DNA of 60,198 bases, filler included, from Circinaria calcarea (taxonomy: Eukaryota), in the NCBI GenBank assembly GCA_051942165.1. It is 7 parts of 7 records of this genome, joined end to end, with 100 filler letters (N's around TTAATTAATTAA, not from the genome) between each part and the next. Parts side by side here need not be neighbours in the genome. Positions count along the whole stretch, not along the records: positions 1 to 8,527 come from JAVECS010001095.1; positions 8,628 to 17,149 come from JAVECS010001096.1; 5 more parts are not named here. One strand, written 5' to 3'. A program made the translations under genes and the position numbers. The notes beneath the pieces were generated by a model, which did no database searches, was not told the origin of the DNA, and worked only from the letters and a program-made list of their open reading frames with translations. Shown here in pieces: positions 1 to 13,534 of this stretch. How positions within the stretch are numbered: the first letter of the stretch is position 1; each line of letters opens with the position of its first letter.

Positions 1-1216
1 CTTGGTGGGGGTTGTGGAGGGAGTGTAACTTTTGTGCGGGGATTCGAAGGGGGAAGGATAGGAAGAGGCGCCCGGCTGCACTGTTGGAGGCCTTGTTCCA
101 GTATACATGATATAAAATGTAACAATAAATTAATGCTCCAAAAAAATTGCCGTTAATGTTAAATAGAGAGCCAAGCATACCGTATGCTATGCAGAATTTC
201 TGTATTGCCCGTATTAGTACTAGCGCGGGCTGCAGAGTTTTCCCCTTGGCTTACATCTTACATACACGTGACACAATATATCGACTATTGCGTACACATT
301 GAACACCGTCTCAATGCATTGCTTAAGCCACTCCCTGCTAAACCTTTAACAGTTAAGAATTATCAATGAATATAAGTTTGTTACTGGCAGATTTATAGCT
401 TTGAGCGCCAGCAGCAACCGAGGGCTAGATTCCCCGAGTTCTAGGCCCCCTTTTTTCCTCAGAAGGTGTGTTCGGCCAAGGGAGGGTTGTAGAACCGCAT
501 TTTGACCTTCTTTGTTGCGGAATTCTCTCTGTCTGGCCAGGGCTTGTGACGGATCTGCGACTCCAAGCCCGTTGTTAGCGCCTTCAGTCGTGGCAGCGGA
601 CGACACAGTAGATCGCAACTGTTCCTGCCTGCCCGGCTCAGAGTGTGAATCGATGTCGCTGGATCGGAGATGGTTCTATTATCATTGTAGAGCTGTGACT
701 CAAGCTACTAGATAGATGTTTCAAGGCGGCCTATTGACGGATGCTCGGAGCCTCTACGGTAGTTAGTCTTCCTCAGAACGGCAAGGACTGCTCGCTTGAT
801 ATCGATTGCTTTTCTTATAATCTTGCGAATCACGGTTGCGATTGAGCTAGAGCTTACTAAGGATCTCATGCACGAAGATGGTCTTGTGGTATTGCTCGCC
901 TTATTTCTGGGGTCTAGAGCTTGGCCAGTTTTGAATAAAGATCGATAGCCTTGTCGATCTGCCTGAGCCGTGACTAGCCGTTGGCGAGCTTGCTCCTTGT
1001 TTGGAGTTCTCCAGAGGTACCGACACCGACCTTGGCTTCCTGCCGTTCCAGGAGGCTTTGCCTTTTTCGCATCTCCAAAACAAAAAATCAGAAAAAGGCC
1101 AAAATACAAAACCAGAAATGAAAAAGCAAAAGCGCCTTCCCAATCCCATGCCCCCCGCCTTTTTCTATCCGAAAAAAAGAAGAAGGAAACCCAACCCGCC
1201 AGCATCCCCTTACTCC

Positions 1217-2756
1217 TTATTTCCCCCTTTTCTCCCCAAATTTCTTTTTGAGCCTAAGGCTCGTACTCCTCCTCACGGCTCCGATGAGCCGCGGCAACTT
1301 CGTGTTGAAGAATGCCTCCTTGGGGGATAGTAGCGCCTTGATAGGCCGAGGGTGGTCGGCGGTGGCGGCGATGGTGGTGGTGGGTGGTGGTGGTGGTGAG
1401 GGCGCGGACGACTCTGGTGTTGGAGGTAGGACCCCCTGCTCGAAGACTAAGCCGCTGAAGGATGGTGATGGTGATGGTGATGGCGAAGGGGAGGGGGAGG
1501 GTTCTGGGTCCCGAGGACCAGGCCGTTGTCTCGGCGCAAGGTCGAAGACACTCGGAAAGCTGCTTAGGCTGAGTAGGCTAGAAGGCTCTAACATTCTTGG
1601 ATGATCGAGGATATCATCCTCTTCGTCCTCGTCAGAGTAGAAGTTTTCACTTCGAGGAGCGGAGGGGGGCTCCAGCATCATTTGCTTTTGCTGTAGAGGA
1701 GAGGTGTTCGTCTCGAGGTATGGGTGCGTTTTGCTGGTTGTGGGAGGTGGGGTCCTGCGGTGAGTGCATGGACTTCCAGACTTCAACATTTCGACTTGCT
1801 CTTCAAGTTTGCATACCATAGCAATTGCTTCCCGAACCGCTTCATCGCGCCTTTCAAGCTCTTTTGATAGCCTTTCATTGGTTTCCTCAAGCTGCGAAAC
1901 GCGCAGCTTGTGCTGTGCCTTCTCCTTTTCCAATTCCTGCATCTTGGCTTCCATTTTCGCGTTGTGTTCGCGGTTGAAAAATATGTCTAGCTTTAGGCTG
2001 AAGTTCTCTTTGATCATTTTATCAAGATGCTGCGCCGCGTTAGTGAGACCTTCACAGAGGGAATATAAGTAGACATACTGCTTCCTGCGCCCGTAGTCCC
2101 ATGTCTCTAGCTGCAGGAAAAGATTGTAATGGAGGCACGCCTGCTTGTCTGGTCCGTCTATTCTCCTGAGAGGATCTCCGAGTTTCTTGAGAGGATCTGC
2201 GACTGGCGTTTTCGGATATTGAGCTGATAGACGCCTTTCGATCGACTTCGCTAATGCGGTCACTGGAATTATTAGAGTTGACCTCCAAATTTGCTCTTGC
2301 TCGTCTATTCTCCGCTCGTTGCTTCTGAATGAGCTCCTGTAGCAGGGTTGAGCTGGGCTCTGGGGCTTTCGAGACTCTTGTGGGCTGGTATAGGTTGCAA
2401 TGGGTCGACGTTGGAGGTTGCAGCTTCATATACGATGGTGTGGTTACCGGGGCTGTGAGAATTCTGGTGGGTTGATGAACTTTGATACGCGTCGATGTGG
2501 AAGGCTGTCGCTTCAGATGTGGTGAGATGGATGCTGCTGCGGTGGAGCTTCTGGTCCGTTGGTGAAAGTTGACTTGCGTCGATAAGGCAGGCTGCAGCTT
2601 CGTATCCGATGAGGTGAGCATAGGCGTCTTGGGGACTCCGGTCGCTTGGTGAATGTTGACATGCATCGACGATGATGATTGCAGGTATAGGTGGGCCGCC
2701 ATGATCTTGGTAGGACTTATATAAGAGAGCTGGGAGTTACGTCCTGAGTCCATCAT
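1217..2756 (-). CDS. Centrosomin N-terminal motif 1 (CM1/Cnn_1N)-like coiled-coil protein, 2 exons, ~496 aa
   Basis: Removing intron 2030-2078 (GTATGT...CTAAC...CAG) joins the two ORFs into MGLRAQEA-HLDKMIKENFSLKLDIFF. This resembles the CM1 consensus (LREQE..IDKL.KENF.LKL.I.F) and is followed by a coiled coil and a Pro/Ser-rich tail. The start ATG (MMDSGRN) is inferred. Confidence 0.72.
2343..2690 (-). repeat. Four diverged in-frame 87-bp (29-aa) tandem repeats inside the CM1 protein
   Basis: LYLQSSSSMHVNIHQATGVPKTPMLTSSD / TKLQPALSTQVNFHQRTRSSTAAASISPH / LKRQPSTSTRIKVHQPTRILTAPVTTPSY / MKLQPPTSTHCNLYQPTRVSKAPEPSSTL. Confidence 0.75.
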
Positions 2757-4189
2757 TGAGACGCCGAAGAGAATCGAAAGAAGGGTGTAAAGTAGAGAGA
2801 TGAAAGGAACCGCTTTGGCCGAAGAATTGGAGTAATGCCTACGAGGCTCAGCAGTGGAGAAACCGATCGAAGAGTATGCTTGCAGGTTTTCTGGGTAGCT
2901 GGGGTTGTGAGTGTAGAGAGATGAAGAAGTATCGTTCACACTGCTGCTTGAATGTTTTAGCAAAGCTCGCAAAACCAACTGGATGTGATGAGAAGCAAGA
3001 AAGGAGTCTTGGGGGAAGGTGACGAGTACGTATACCTCGCGCTCGAGCAAAAGTTAACAGTCACTCATCCTTGGTATGTACTCCACCATAGGAAAGTGAA
3101 CGATTATACTCGTCCGAGCATTGAAGGAAGTGGGCCTTACATAAGCTTTTGTTCTATCGGTAGAATCAAAACACAACTCAGTCGTAACAAACTTTCGACC
3201 AGAAGAGCTGTCTCGTATTATCTAACCCGAATGCCTGACGTTCTCGAAAGACTTGGAGAGAAGGTTATGTGATGATCTCGAATGAACTGTAGAGATCTTT
3301 AAGTTATAAAATTAAGACCCCTGCTAAAAATCCGACGCGGAGGCGCCGGGCGATCTGCGATCGTACATAATGGCAGGGATAATTGCATTAGCGGACTCTT
3401 GTACCGTGGGTTAGAGCTGCCAAGCGGAACTAAGACCCACACCAATAACTGCAACACCGTCATTTTTGCACTACTACTTTGAATATCGCGCGTGAGCATG
3501 CAATTGCAATGAAGCTTCATAGATCCTATGCAACTGATCTATTTCATGGTGATACTTTGTCAACGCCGAAATACTAGAGGCGCTGTGAGTAACGCTGAAG
3601 GGTGACGAAAATCCTGGGACCAAGGCAGCATAATGCTCCACCCTTGGATATTTCAAACAATCTTAACTTGAGATGATCGATACCTGCCACAAAGTACTAT
3701 ACGAACCCTTCGGTCCCTTTTCCAACGTCCTTTTTGTTGCACCTCCACAATATTTAACCTCAAAACATCCACCTCTGTCACGCTGTTACTACATTGCCTC
3801 ATTACTTCATCCCAATTAACGGCATTGACGCCATTAGTACCACTATTCTAGATATTAAAACTTTATATCTTTCACGCAAAGCATATTGTTGAGTCCTTAT
3901 ACTGACTTTGATCTCTGTTTGCCCCATCAGTCATATAATCTAATCTATAGATTCAACTGAAACGTCTCAACCGCCAATTACATATGCTTTAGGGAATGCG
4001 AGCTTCAGTCGAAGGGCTTTCAGACCTGGAAACAAGGGTATAGTTCTAATACGAAAGAATACATATTACTTTCACGAAATCCACCCAATTGGTCTTCCCC
4101 AAACTCCTAGTTCTACTCGTCCAATCCATCTCTACCCCCTTCCTCACGCCCTTTACCTCTTCTATATTTCATATCCATAACCCAAAAGC

Positions 4190-5767
4190 TCACCAACTAT
4201 ACGCATCCTCAGGTGCAATATACGCTGGATGATGTTCGTGAATAAACGTACTGCCCGGCATCTCTGCCGGCGGTATAGGCTCCCCCCTTATCTGCGAATT
4301 CGGTGACCCCGTGAGCGGACTCGTTATCGGCCTCATCTCTGGGCTTCTAGGTTCAGGAGAGGGCAATTCGGGGATATCGACATTGTTGGGGGAAGTATCA
4401 TTATGATGGGATGTTCCCCTCGAGTTAAAGCGAGTTGCCGGACTCATTGCCTTGCTTGCTGGGCTCGTTGCGCTCGCGGTTCCTCCGATTGCTCCACCGG
4501 CTCCGGCACCTGTAAGGATGGATATCCGTTTTTCGCCTCCGAGATCATGTTCGTTGGTTGGTTCTGTATTGCGTACGATTGTGGCTTCTTTTATTGCTTT
4601 CGCACGCCGTTTCCGGGCACGGGAAATGAGGAAGAAGGACATTCCTAAGAGGACTAGAAAAGCGAATGGGCCGACGGCGATTCCTACAATCGCGCCTGTG
4701 GCAAGGCCGGATTTGGGCTTGGCGAGGGTGTAGCGGAGGGTGAAGAGTTCAGTGCTGATAACGCTGGTGCCCGCCGGCGCCGGGGCGCGTTTTCTGAGAT
4801 GGCTGACGTCGCGTTTTTCGGCTGAGGTTGTGGCAGGGGGAACGAGTGGTAGCGCAGGGGTGGTGTAGCAAGGTGTTTGGCCTGCGACGGCGGAGGTGTA
4901 CACTGACCAGCCGCTAGAGGAGAAAACCGCGTATTAGTGCGATGGAAAAAGGATGAAAGGAGTGAGTTAAATAAAAACTTACGATGGGCAGCAGGCACTG
5001 TCTGTGGTGAAGTAGTCACCGGGACAGACGCTCAAGGGTCCGGGGGAGTTGACAGGAAACGGACAGCAGCCTGGTTTTTGGTTCGAACAGCCTACCCATG
5101 GATACTCGAGAACTCCTCCACCAGCTACTGTGACCGAGGCAATTTGTGGAGTGGTGCATGAACCTTTCAGGAGTAGACCTCCCGTGAATTCGGCCACGGG
5201 CCCACGATTTATATTTGTGAATGCCGGCTGGATATCGGTAATTGTGGATACTGTCCCTATAGTGAAGGAGTCCATGGTAGCCGCGGTTGCTTGCGCAGTT
5301 GTCAAACCTACTAGTCGAGTCGTAGTGCTGTACGACGCGGTAGCCTCCAGAGGTGAGCACCCGAGAAAAGCCGGAATACTGACATTGTATGTGTTACAAA
5401 GCGCGATGTCGAAGGCCAGAGCAGCTATCCGTTGTTAGCAGCGGCAAAGACCCGGGCGGTAAAAGGAAGGTAATGCTATACCTCTCTGGTCGGCTGCATC
5501 GCAGTTGTTTTGTAAACAACACGACAAAGCGTTGATGTAATTGATACTACTGCATATACATTTAATATCTGATATAGCACACCCCACCGCTGAGGCGGTA
5601 TTGTTCGTAAGACACTCTTGCTGTACCCTATCAGTCGTTGCCGAGTATGAATCAGGAATGACTCGACTTACTGCACACGAAGGTAAGTTGTTGATGTTCA
5701 CCCCTGCCACCTGGGAAGACGTATAGCCTAGGCAGCTGCTAACAACCAGGAGAAGTGGAAGCAACAT
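4190..5767 (-). CDS. CFEM-domain type I membrane protein, 4 exons
   Basis: Signal peptide MLLPLLLVVSSCLG; CFEM cysteine pattern LPSCAQECL...GCAISDIKCIC...SCCLQNNC...ALC; second Cys-rich module GCSNQKPGCCP...CPGDY...CCPSGW; TM segment GAIVGIAVGPFAFLVLLGMSFFLI then RARKRR. Introns 5621-5671, 5425-5481, 4914-4982. Confidence 0.85.
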
Positions 5768-6539
5768 TCTCGTATAGCAAGCTCAGAAGTATAACAATGC
5801 ACCCTGTATAATCTGTGATAGACGTCCGGAACGAATAGTTGAAGAGAGGCAGGAGAGAAATTAGAGAACAAAGGACAAAGAGATCAACTCATCCTGATTA
5901 ATGCAACGAGAATGCAAATGAGGCAAAAATCATACCGCATCCGGCGGTACGACGAAGGAAAAGCTGGTGGCGTGTAGATAAGAATGGGGAAAGACGTTTC
6001 CACGAAACTGTGCAGAGTCGGAGGGGGAAAGAGCCATGTCTCCAAACTGTTTGCAGTAGATTCACGTGGCATTGCTGGGCAGGACGAGGTAAGGAATGTT
6101 GAAATGAATATTGCTATTGCTAGGTCAACTGTACAGCAGCTTGATCAGCAAGGCCGGCGCGCTTGGAATGTAAGGAGCTTCCGAGGGAAATCCGCTGATG
6201 CGGCCCGCCTTAGGGTTTACCAACGTAGCTTCTATACATGATTCAACTCACAAACCCGATTGTGGATGACATAGCAATGGTATTGTAACTATCTTAGAAT
6301 GAAAATTCCCCTATTCTGCTGTAAAAAGGAGATGCATATGATCGGAGTCTACGTAATGCAGAGAAGAAGACAGCAGCCGTAGTGTGATGATGCTAACAAG
6401 CAATCATGAAAATCCACAAATTAACTATTCTGAGGCTATGAAATAACTAGAAACCGAGGAATCCATAAACAGGAACAGCGCCGCGAGAGAGAATTCTGGG
6501 AGATAGTGGTAGAGTATATATGCCTCGAAGTCTCAGACA

Positions 6540-7907
6540 ATGGCGAGTGAAGCGGATTCCTTTGATGGCAAAGACAGCTGCACCTACGTCCTGGTGACAG
6601 GTGCTAACAGGCGAGCATTGCCCTGACCAAAAGCGGTCCACCTCCCGAATCAATACTGATCCTCCACCAGCGGCATCGGCTTTGCAATCTGCTGTCGTCT
6701 CATCGACGAGTTCCTCCAATTGCGACCCCCTTCGGAATCCCTCCGGCTCATCATCACCACCCGGTCCGTCCAAAAGAGCAATGACACCGTGACGCGCCTG
6801 GGAAAATCCCTCGATCGCCACGGACAGCAATCCAAGCAACGAGTCTCCTTCCAAGCTGAACAGGTCGATCTCGCCATCCTCCTCTCCGTCTACGATGTCT
6901 CCCAACGCCTCCGAGCCTCTGTTCCAAAACTCGATGTCCTCATCCTCAACGCGGGCATCTCCGACCACGTCGGTATCAAATGGCCGCAAGCCCTCTGGCT
7001 GACAGCCATCGACCTCGTCTACTCTGTCACCTACCCCCCCTTCAATATCAACAGCCTCGGCGTCACCACCAAACCGCAGCTCCCACCTTCGAAATCCCGC
7101 GGCAGCGACGCAGACCAGGGAGGGGAGGAACCCCCCCTGGGCCAAGTCTTCTGCGCCAACGTCTTCGGCCACTACCTCCTCACTCACGCTCTCGTCCCCC
7201 TGCTCTCGCCCTCTGCTCGCCTCATATGCCTCAGCTCCCTCAGCGCAGACGCCTCCGCCCTCGACCTCGCTGACATCCAGTGTCTCACGAGGCGAACCGC
7301 CTACCACAGCTCCAAACGCCTTACCGACATCCTCGCCTTGACCGCCTCCCTCCCATCCAGCAGACCCTATGTCGATCGCTTCTTCTCGACCCCCTCTACA
7401 CACCCTCAACCGGCAATATCCCCACTGCCCCGCTTCTATGTCTGCCACCCTGGCATCGCAGCCACCGACGTCGTCCCCGTGCACCCCCTCCTCGTCTACC
7501 TCAAACTCCTCACCTTCTACCTCGCCCGCTGGCTCGGCTCCCCCTGGCACACCATCAGCCCCTACAAAGGCGCCTGCGCTCCCGTCTGGCTCGCCCTTTC
7601 CCCTTCCTCCCACCTCGCCTTCCTCGAAAACTCCCACGGCCCCGGCAAATGGGGCTCTTCCACCTCTATCGGTGGAAAAGAAAGAGTCAGGAGGACGGAA
7701 GTTGAAGGATGGGGTTACGGCGGGCGCGTGGGCGATGTGAGCGTTTTCGGCACGAGGGGCCGCCGGAGGGATGTCATGGATTCGACGGCGGAGGACAAGG
7801 TGCGGTTCGAGGAGGTGGGCAGGGAGTGCTGGGCCGAGATGGAGAGGTTGAGGGTGGAGTGGGAGAGGAGGCTGGAGGGAGAGATGAGAGGACAGTTTGG
7901 GCTGTAG
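6540..7907 (+). CDS. ERG27: 3-keto-steroid reductase (ergosterol biosynthesis, SDR family)
   Basis: VLVTGANSGIGFAIC (after splicing 6611-6670), LDVLILNAGI, LGQVFCANVFGHY, YHSSKRLTD, YLARWLGSPWH. Confidence 0.92.
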
Positions 7908-8527
7908 GATTGAGGTTTTGGAGGAAGGGAGACGGAGAATGAGGAATTTGTAAAAAGAGCGAGCGCGTGTATCTAATTTCACCATGTAGAAAATGTACAA
8001 ATTCGGTCCCTTCTCGGTCGAACTCGAAAAGCGGTTATAAATATCCCCCCAACCCAAACCCCAACCTTGCCCTACACCTACCTACCCTTTCTAGAAAAGA
8101 AAACCTTTTCGAACATATCCTCCTCCCCCCTTCCTGTTGAAGATTTACCCTCCACCTCTCCTCCCCTTCCTTCCTCGCCTATGGTATGGTAATCCAGCCG
8201 AACTTTTTCCCAGCAGGGCAGGTCTCCCCCCGCTGCTGATAGATAGCCTGATAGCCTGATATCTGTAGGGTACGCATATCTTTTATGGTACATACGCAGG
8301 GAATGAAAATCATAAGTAAGTGTAAATAGAATGGAGGTTTTTTGCTACCTTTTATTCCCAAAGGGGGGGGGGGGCGAGATAGATTTCTATTTCCTTCAAC
8401 GGGCTTTTGTAAGTTTTATAAGTGTAACCTGTATGTTCGGAGGGGGGGGGGTTTAAAAAAAAAAAAGAAAAAAAGCCTCGAGTACATTATATACGGGCCT
8501 ACTGCTGGAGTGACAACCGCGCCGCAG

Positions 8528-8627
8528 NNNNNNNNNNNNNNNNNNNNNNNNNNNNNNNNNNNNNNNNNNNNTTAATTAATTAANNNNNNNNNNNNNNNNN
8601 NNNNNNNNNNNNNNNNNNNNNNNNNNN
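8528..8627. other. Artificial contig-joining spacer
   Basis: N44-TTAATTAATTAA-N44, giving stops in all six frames. Confidence 0.98.
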
Positions 8628-9018
8628 AATCGACTCTACTGTAAGCAAAAGCACATTGATGCAGACGCAATCAGAACCGAGGATCTGGCATTTCATTCCC
8701 TATCTGAACCGTCTTTTGCAAAAAACACAAAAACACCCGATCGTACCACATTGAACACAGTCCGCCAAACCACACATGTTCACGAGCCAAGCCATGAGAG
8801 CTGGAGGGAAAAAGGGAACAGACGAAGCTGGACTAACTCTATGTACCATTTGGCCTTGCAGGTGCTGATCAAAAACCCACGCCTCATGCAAGGATAGATG
8901 TACTGAGTAGTACTTCGATTAAATGATTGTAGGGAACCAACGGAATCGTAGGGAGGCCATGACAACGTTATCAGTTGGAGATGTTTTGAAGGCACGATGT
9001 TGGTAGGGAGTGGTCTCT

Positions 9019-9890
<872 letters not shown>

Positions 9891-10717
9891 TCATGGCAGC
9901 AGAATTTAGCACAGTTGGCATATTCGCGCCATGAGCTTTGGAGTCATGAAGGGGCGGTAACGCTGAGTGCTTTGGGAATAAGGCGTCGGGTGCGATGATA
10001 ACCAGATCTGCGCTGTCGACACATACCTTGATTATCCCCTGGATAATGATCAGTAACGCAGCAAACTACTCCACGGCCTTGTGGGATCTGATGTTGGATA
10101 GCACTCGGGATTCTTGGTGGTGGTTGAGGACAACGACTTATGGAATTTTTAGTTCCAACAACGCTCCACGTGACTTAGCCGAATTGCGGCGACTTTTTGA
10201 CAAATGCCTTACAAAAGGTTATCGTAGATCAAGCGCCAATAGTTCACCGAACAATTTCATATACCGAAAGTTAATCAAGGCTTAGACTATGCAGTCTCCT
10301 CTAAATATCAACTGTCGTGCGTTGGAGCCTATAGCACCGTGCCTCTTACAAGGCAGCAGCAATAGTACTGGCCACGAATATCTAAACATGACAATTATAC
10401 CCGCCCATGACTTGGTCTAAGATCAAGCTACGTTGTGAAATGATGTTTGCTTGACATAGGAGTCCTGAATATTAAAAAAAGATATTAATTAACTGGTGTC
10501 TTGTCCCATTTACTCGGCCAACGCTATGCAAAAATGATGTCCTATGACCGAGCACCTATATCACTTCTGACCCCGGATTTGACCTCGATGTACAGAGACT
10601 ATACAATTACAGTCCCTGAAATACACCCCAATGCCAAACCGCTTATCTGTTCCTGGCTCTTTGCAGCCTTTACCGTGGTACGTCGATCTCTCGCTGCAAC
10701 TGACCGCCTATACAATG

Positions 10718-12774
10718 TCATTCATCTCGATCCTTCTCCAGCGGATCCTTCTTCCACGCGACCCTGTACTTATCCAAAAACGTTTGGGTGAGAGATCGGT
10801 AGACTGTTTTGCTTTCCTGCGTTCCGCTCAAGATCCCGAACACCACAAGTAATATCAACGACAGAACCATGACTACCGCAAAGGATATCCAATACGCCTT
10901 AGCCGAGAAGTTTCTCGCAATATCTGGGATCTGAAGGGCGAAAATCGATGTCATCAGGCTGACGGGCAGAAAGAGGATTGTGACCTTGGCTAGGAGTATC
11001 GTTATACGAGTTAGAGTTTCCACCGCCGAAGACTCCTTCAGGTTGATGAGATTGAAGTTCTATCATCGCAAACTTAGCGCATCTCCGTTTCTCGAGGAGA
11101 GTAAGACTAACGACTTGGACCAGAGCCTCCTTCTCATCAAGGCATTCCTGGATTTCACTAAGGGCGTATAGCCGAATCCGATCTCGTAAGGTCTGAAATC
11201 GCACTATAGCCGCGGTCGAGAGCTGTACGCCGTAGGACAAATCTTCCGTATTGAGATAACTCCCTTGTGATAGTTGTACTTGCGACACAGTGGCATTAGT
11301 AGCTTGAGCTGAAGCGGCAGTGGCCGGAGCGGATTTCTCGATTAAATCTTGCATATCCATAATGCGGCCAATGATTTGGTCATAGCTTTGATATATACGC
11401 TTCAAAACCGCCAGCTGGCGTCCGTAGTGGTGCAGCGTGTCTACATGATCCAACTCAGCTGTTTCAAACATTGCAGCACGCTTAGGAGGCCATTAGTAAG
11501 GTTCCGATTACTGTGGGGAGAACGTACAAGATGCTCAAGCTGTGTGCCATATTGATGATCTCTTCGGGCAACCAAGCTATAAGTCGTATACCAATCATCG
11601 AAAATGTAGTAGAAGAGGAGGCTCGGAGCATCAGATACTGAATTTGGGAGTGCATTACCGCCGGTAGGGGTTTTGGTTCTAGAACGAATGGTTAACGTTA
11701 CGAGAGGATTGTTTGATCTAGTTGCATCGGCCGCTTTGGATATGCCCTGAAGAACATGGAGAGTGTTCCGTCTGATGACAGCCAAGTCTCTCTTTTCTGC
11801 GGCCTCATTAATGGTGTCTTGCCCTGAAAGATTTGGGTAGAGGTTTTCATGGATGGAGATAACCGTTCCTAGATCCTGTTAGGAATAAGTTTACTGCGAC
11901 TCCGTTATGCTTACCATCGTCACAAAGTACTAGCCAGCTCCAAAGCCTCTTACCAGCAGGCTTACTTGAGTACTTCTGTGGATATTTGTTGTCGTCTGTA
12001 TCCGACAAATGTGTGTTGAATAAGGAGTTGAAGCCGACGCAAACGTCTACTGATGGTTAGCACGGGCAGCGTCCGGTGTCCGAAAGAAAACAATCACATC
12101 TTTGACCTAGATCCACCGAGAAAAAGTGCCATATCTCGCTAACAATACGGTAATGGTTCAGTTCAAGGACCTCGGCTGCATTTCCGCTCTGTTTTCCTAT
12201 CTCGGTACGACTCTCGACGTCAGTACTGAAGCGTTTCGAGCTCCGCCAAGGGCGCGAATACTCGTAAGTGCTACGACGGTTCGATGTTGGTACCCCAGCA
12301 TGAGCCAAGACGGGTTTGGTCCTCATTAAACCAAGAAGCCGGGGCGAGAATTTGTATGTTTTGGCAAGAACCTGAAAGCCGGTTTCAATACTTGCAGCGT
12401 TACGTAGGCATCATTTGACAAACCTCGAGTAAATCCGACTGTTTCTCAGGCGCCCAGAAGTTGAGCCACCGCGTGCTTGGTGATGCCCCCTGTTTCGGTG
12501 AAGACGTTAGAAAGGTCTCAGATGATTTAGCTCCATCTCATCTCGGCAACTGCTATATTTTGGTCGTTTGTGAAGGTTTTTTTCATACCTTGGATGCCAG
12601 TAGCCGTTCAAGGTCTCCAACCTTCAGATCAAGAGCGCCCGATGCTCTTGAATCGTCAAAGTCTAGTGCAAAATTAAGTGAATCCGGCTGTAAAACGGAT
12701 TTTTCGAATCTCTTTAACACATCGGCGTGATCAAAATCTTCAAACAACGTAGGATCCAATCCAGTAGAAGCCAT
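10718..12774 (-). CDS. Fungal CorA-like membrane protein, multi-exon
   Basis: Exon ORFs with SLLFYYIFDDW, GRQLAVLKRIYQSY, LRDRIRLYALSEIQECLDEKE and two C-terminal TMs (LAKVTILFLPVSLMTSIF; YWISFAVVMVLS). Start MASTGLDP inferred. Confidence 0.75.
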
Positions 12775-13534
12775 CTCCAAATCTAGAACGACAGTAGCGA
12801 ACAAGGGCAAAGGGTTGGATATTGCAAATATAGCCTGCGCCGTAAAACCTGACAATTCGAGCTTTGCAACAACGCGCTGGAAAGTAAATCAAAAGTATAT
12901 GGAGAACGAAAAAAAGTAGTCAGTATCACACTCTTATACCGAGTCAGATGTGCCATCACACAAGACATTATGGCTGTACAATGATCTTATATTTGGGAAG
13001 CGCCTTGTGAGCCACAAAGTCAGCCGCCCCCATTTCGGTGGCACTGGCGCTTCAGCTGACGCCGCTATAAGGGAACGAATCATCGCCGACCTCAATCCCA
13101 AGAATAGATATGGTAGATAAGGTCCATAGCGACCTCTTCACTCCTACCACAGGAGGTACCTTGTGCAACTGACGGCGCGAAGACGAAGCGCCAGAATGAA
13201 TCACTCTGGGCCCTAACCGTGGTGGAGTATGTAGTTCTGTTGATATCACTCCAAACTTCCTGGAGCCTCCATGCGCGACCTTGAGAGGGGACTGAATACA
13301 TCGAACCTCCCCATCTTACGTTAGTCCGCCTGTCAATGAAACTCTTTTGCTTGATGGTCACTCAGGACGTCGCTCGGCCAGGTATGTTAATAGTGAGTAC
13401 TTGGGCTATCGTTTCACATGACAGAAGCCACCGTCCTTTTCCTTGGCGCGAGGTCATCTCTAATAACGGGCATCTGCTACAGTGGACAGCCCTAACAGCA
13501 AGAAGTCTTTCTCCATCGCATCCCTTCCCAAAGA

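Noticed and set aside
346..1330. Several 60-165 aa ORFs downstream of the CM1 gene
   Set aside because: No recognisable motif or consistent splice model; largely low-complexity A/T runs.
6447..8057. 536-aa antisense ORF over ERG27
   Set aside because: Shadow frame of a GC3-rich sense gene; no domain features.
8572..8583. Recurrent TTAATTAATTAA about every 8.6 kb as a biological repeat or CRISPR-like array
   Set aside because: Always embedded in N44 flanks; an assembly linker.
10040..10070. CTGGATAAT segment resembling a fungal TPP riboswitch 3' half
   Set aside because: Lacks the upstream CTGAGA and downstream ACCAGCG conserved elements; no thiamine gene nearby.
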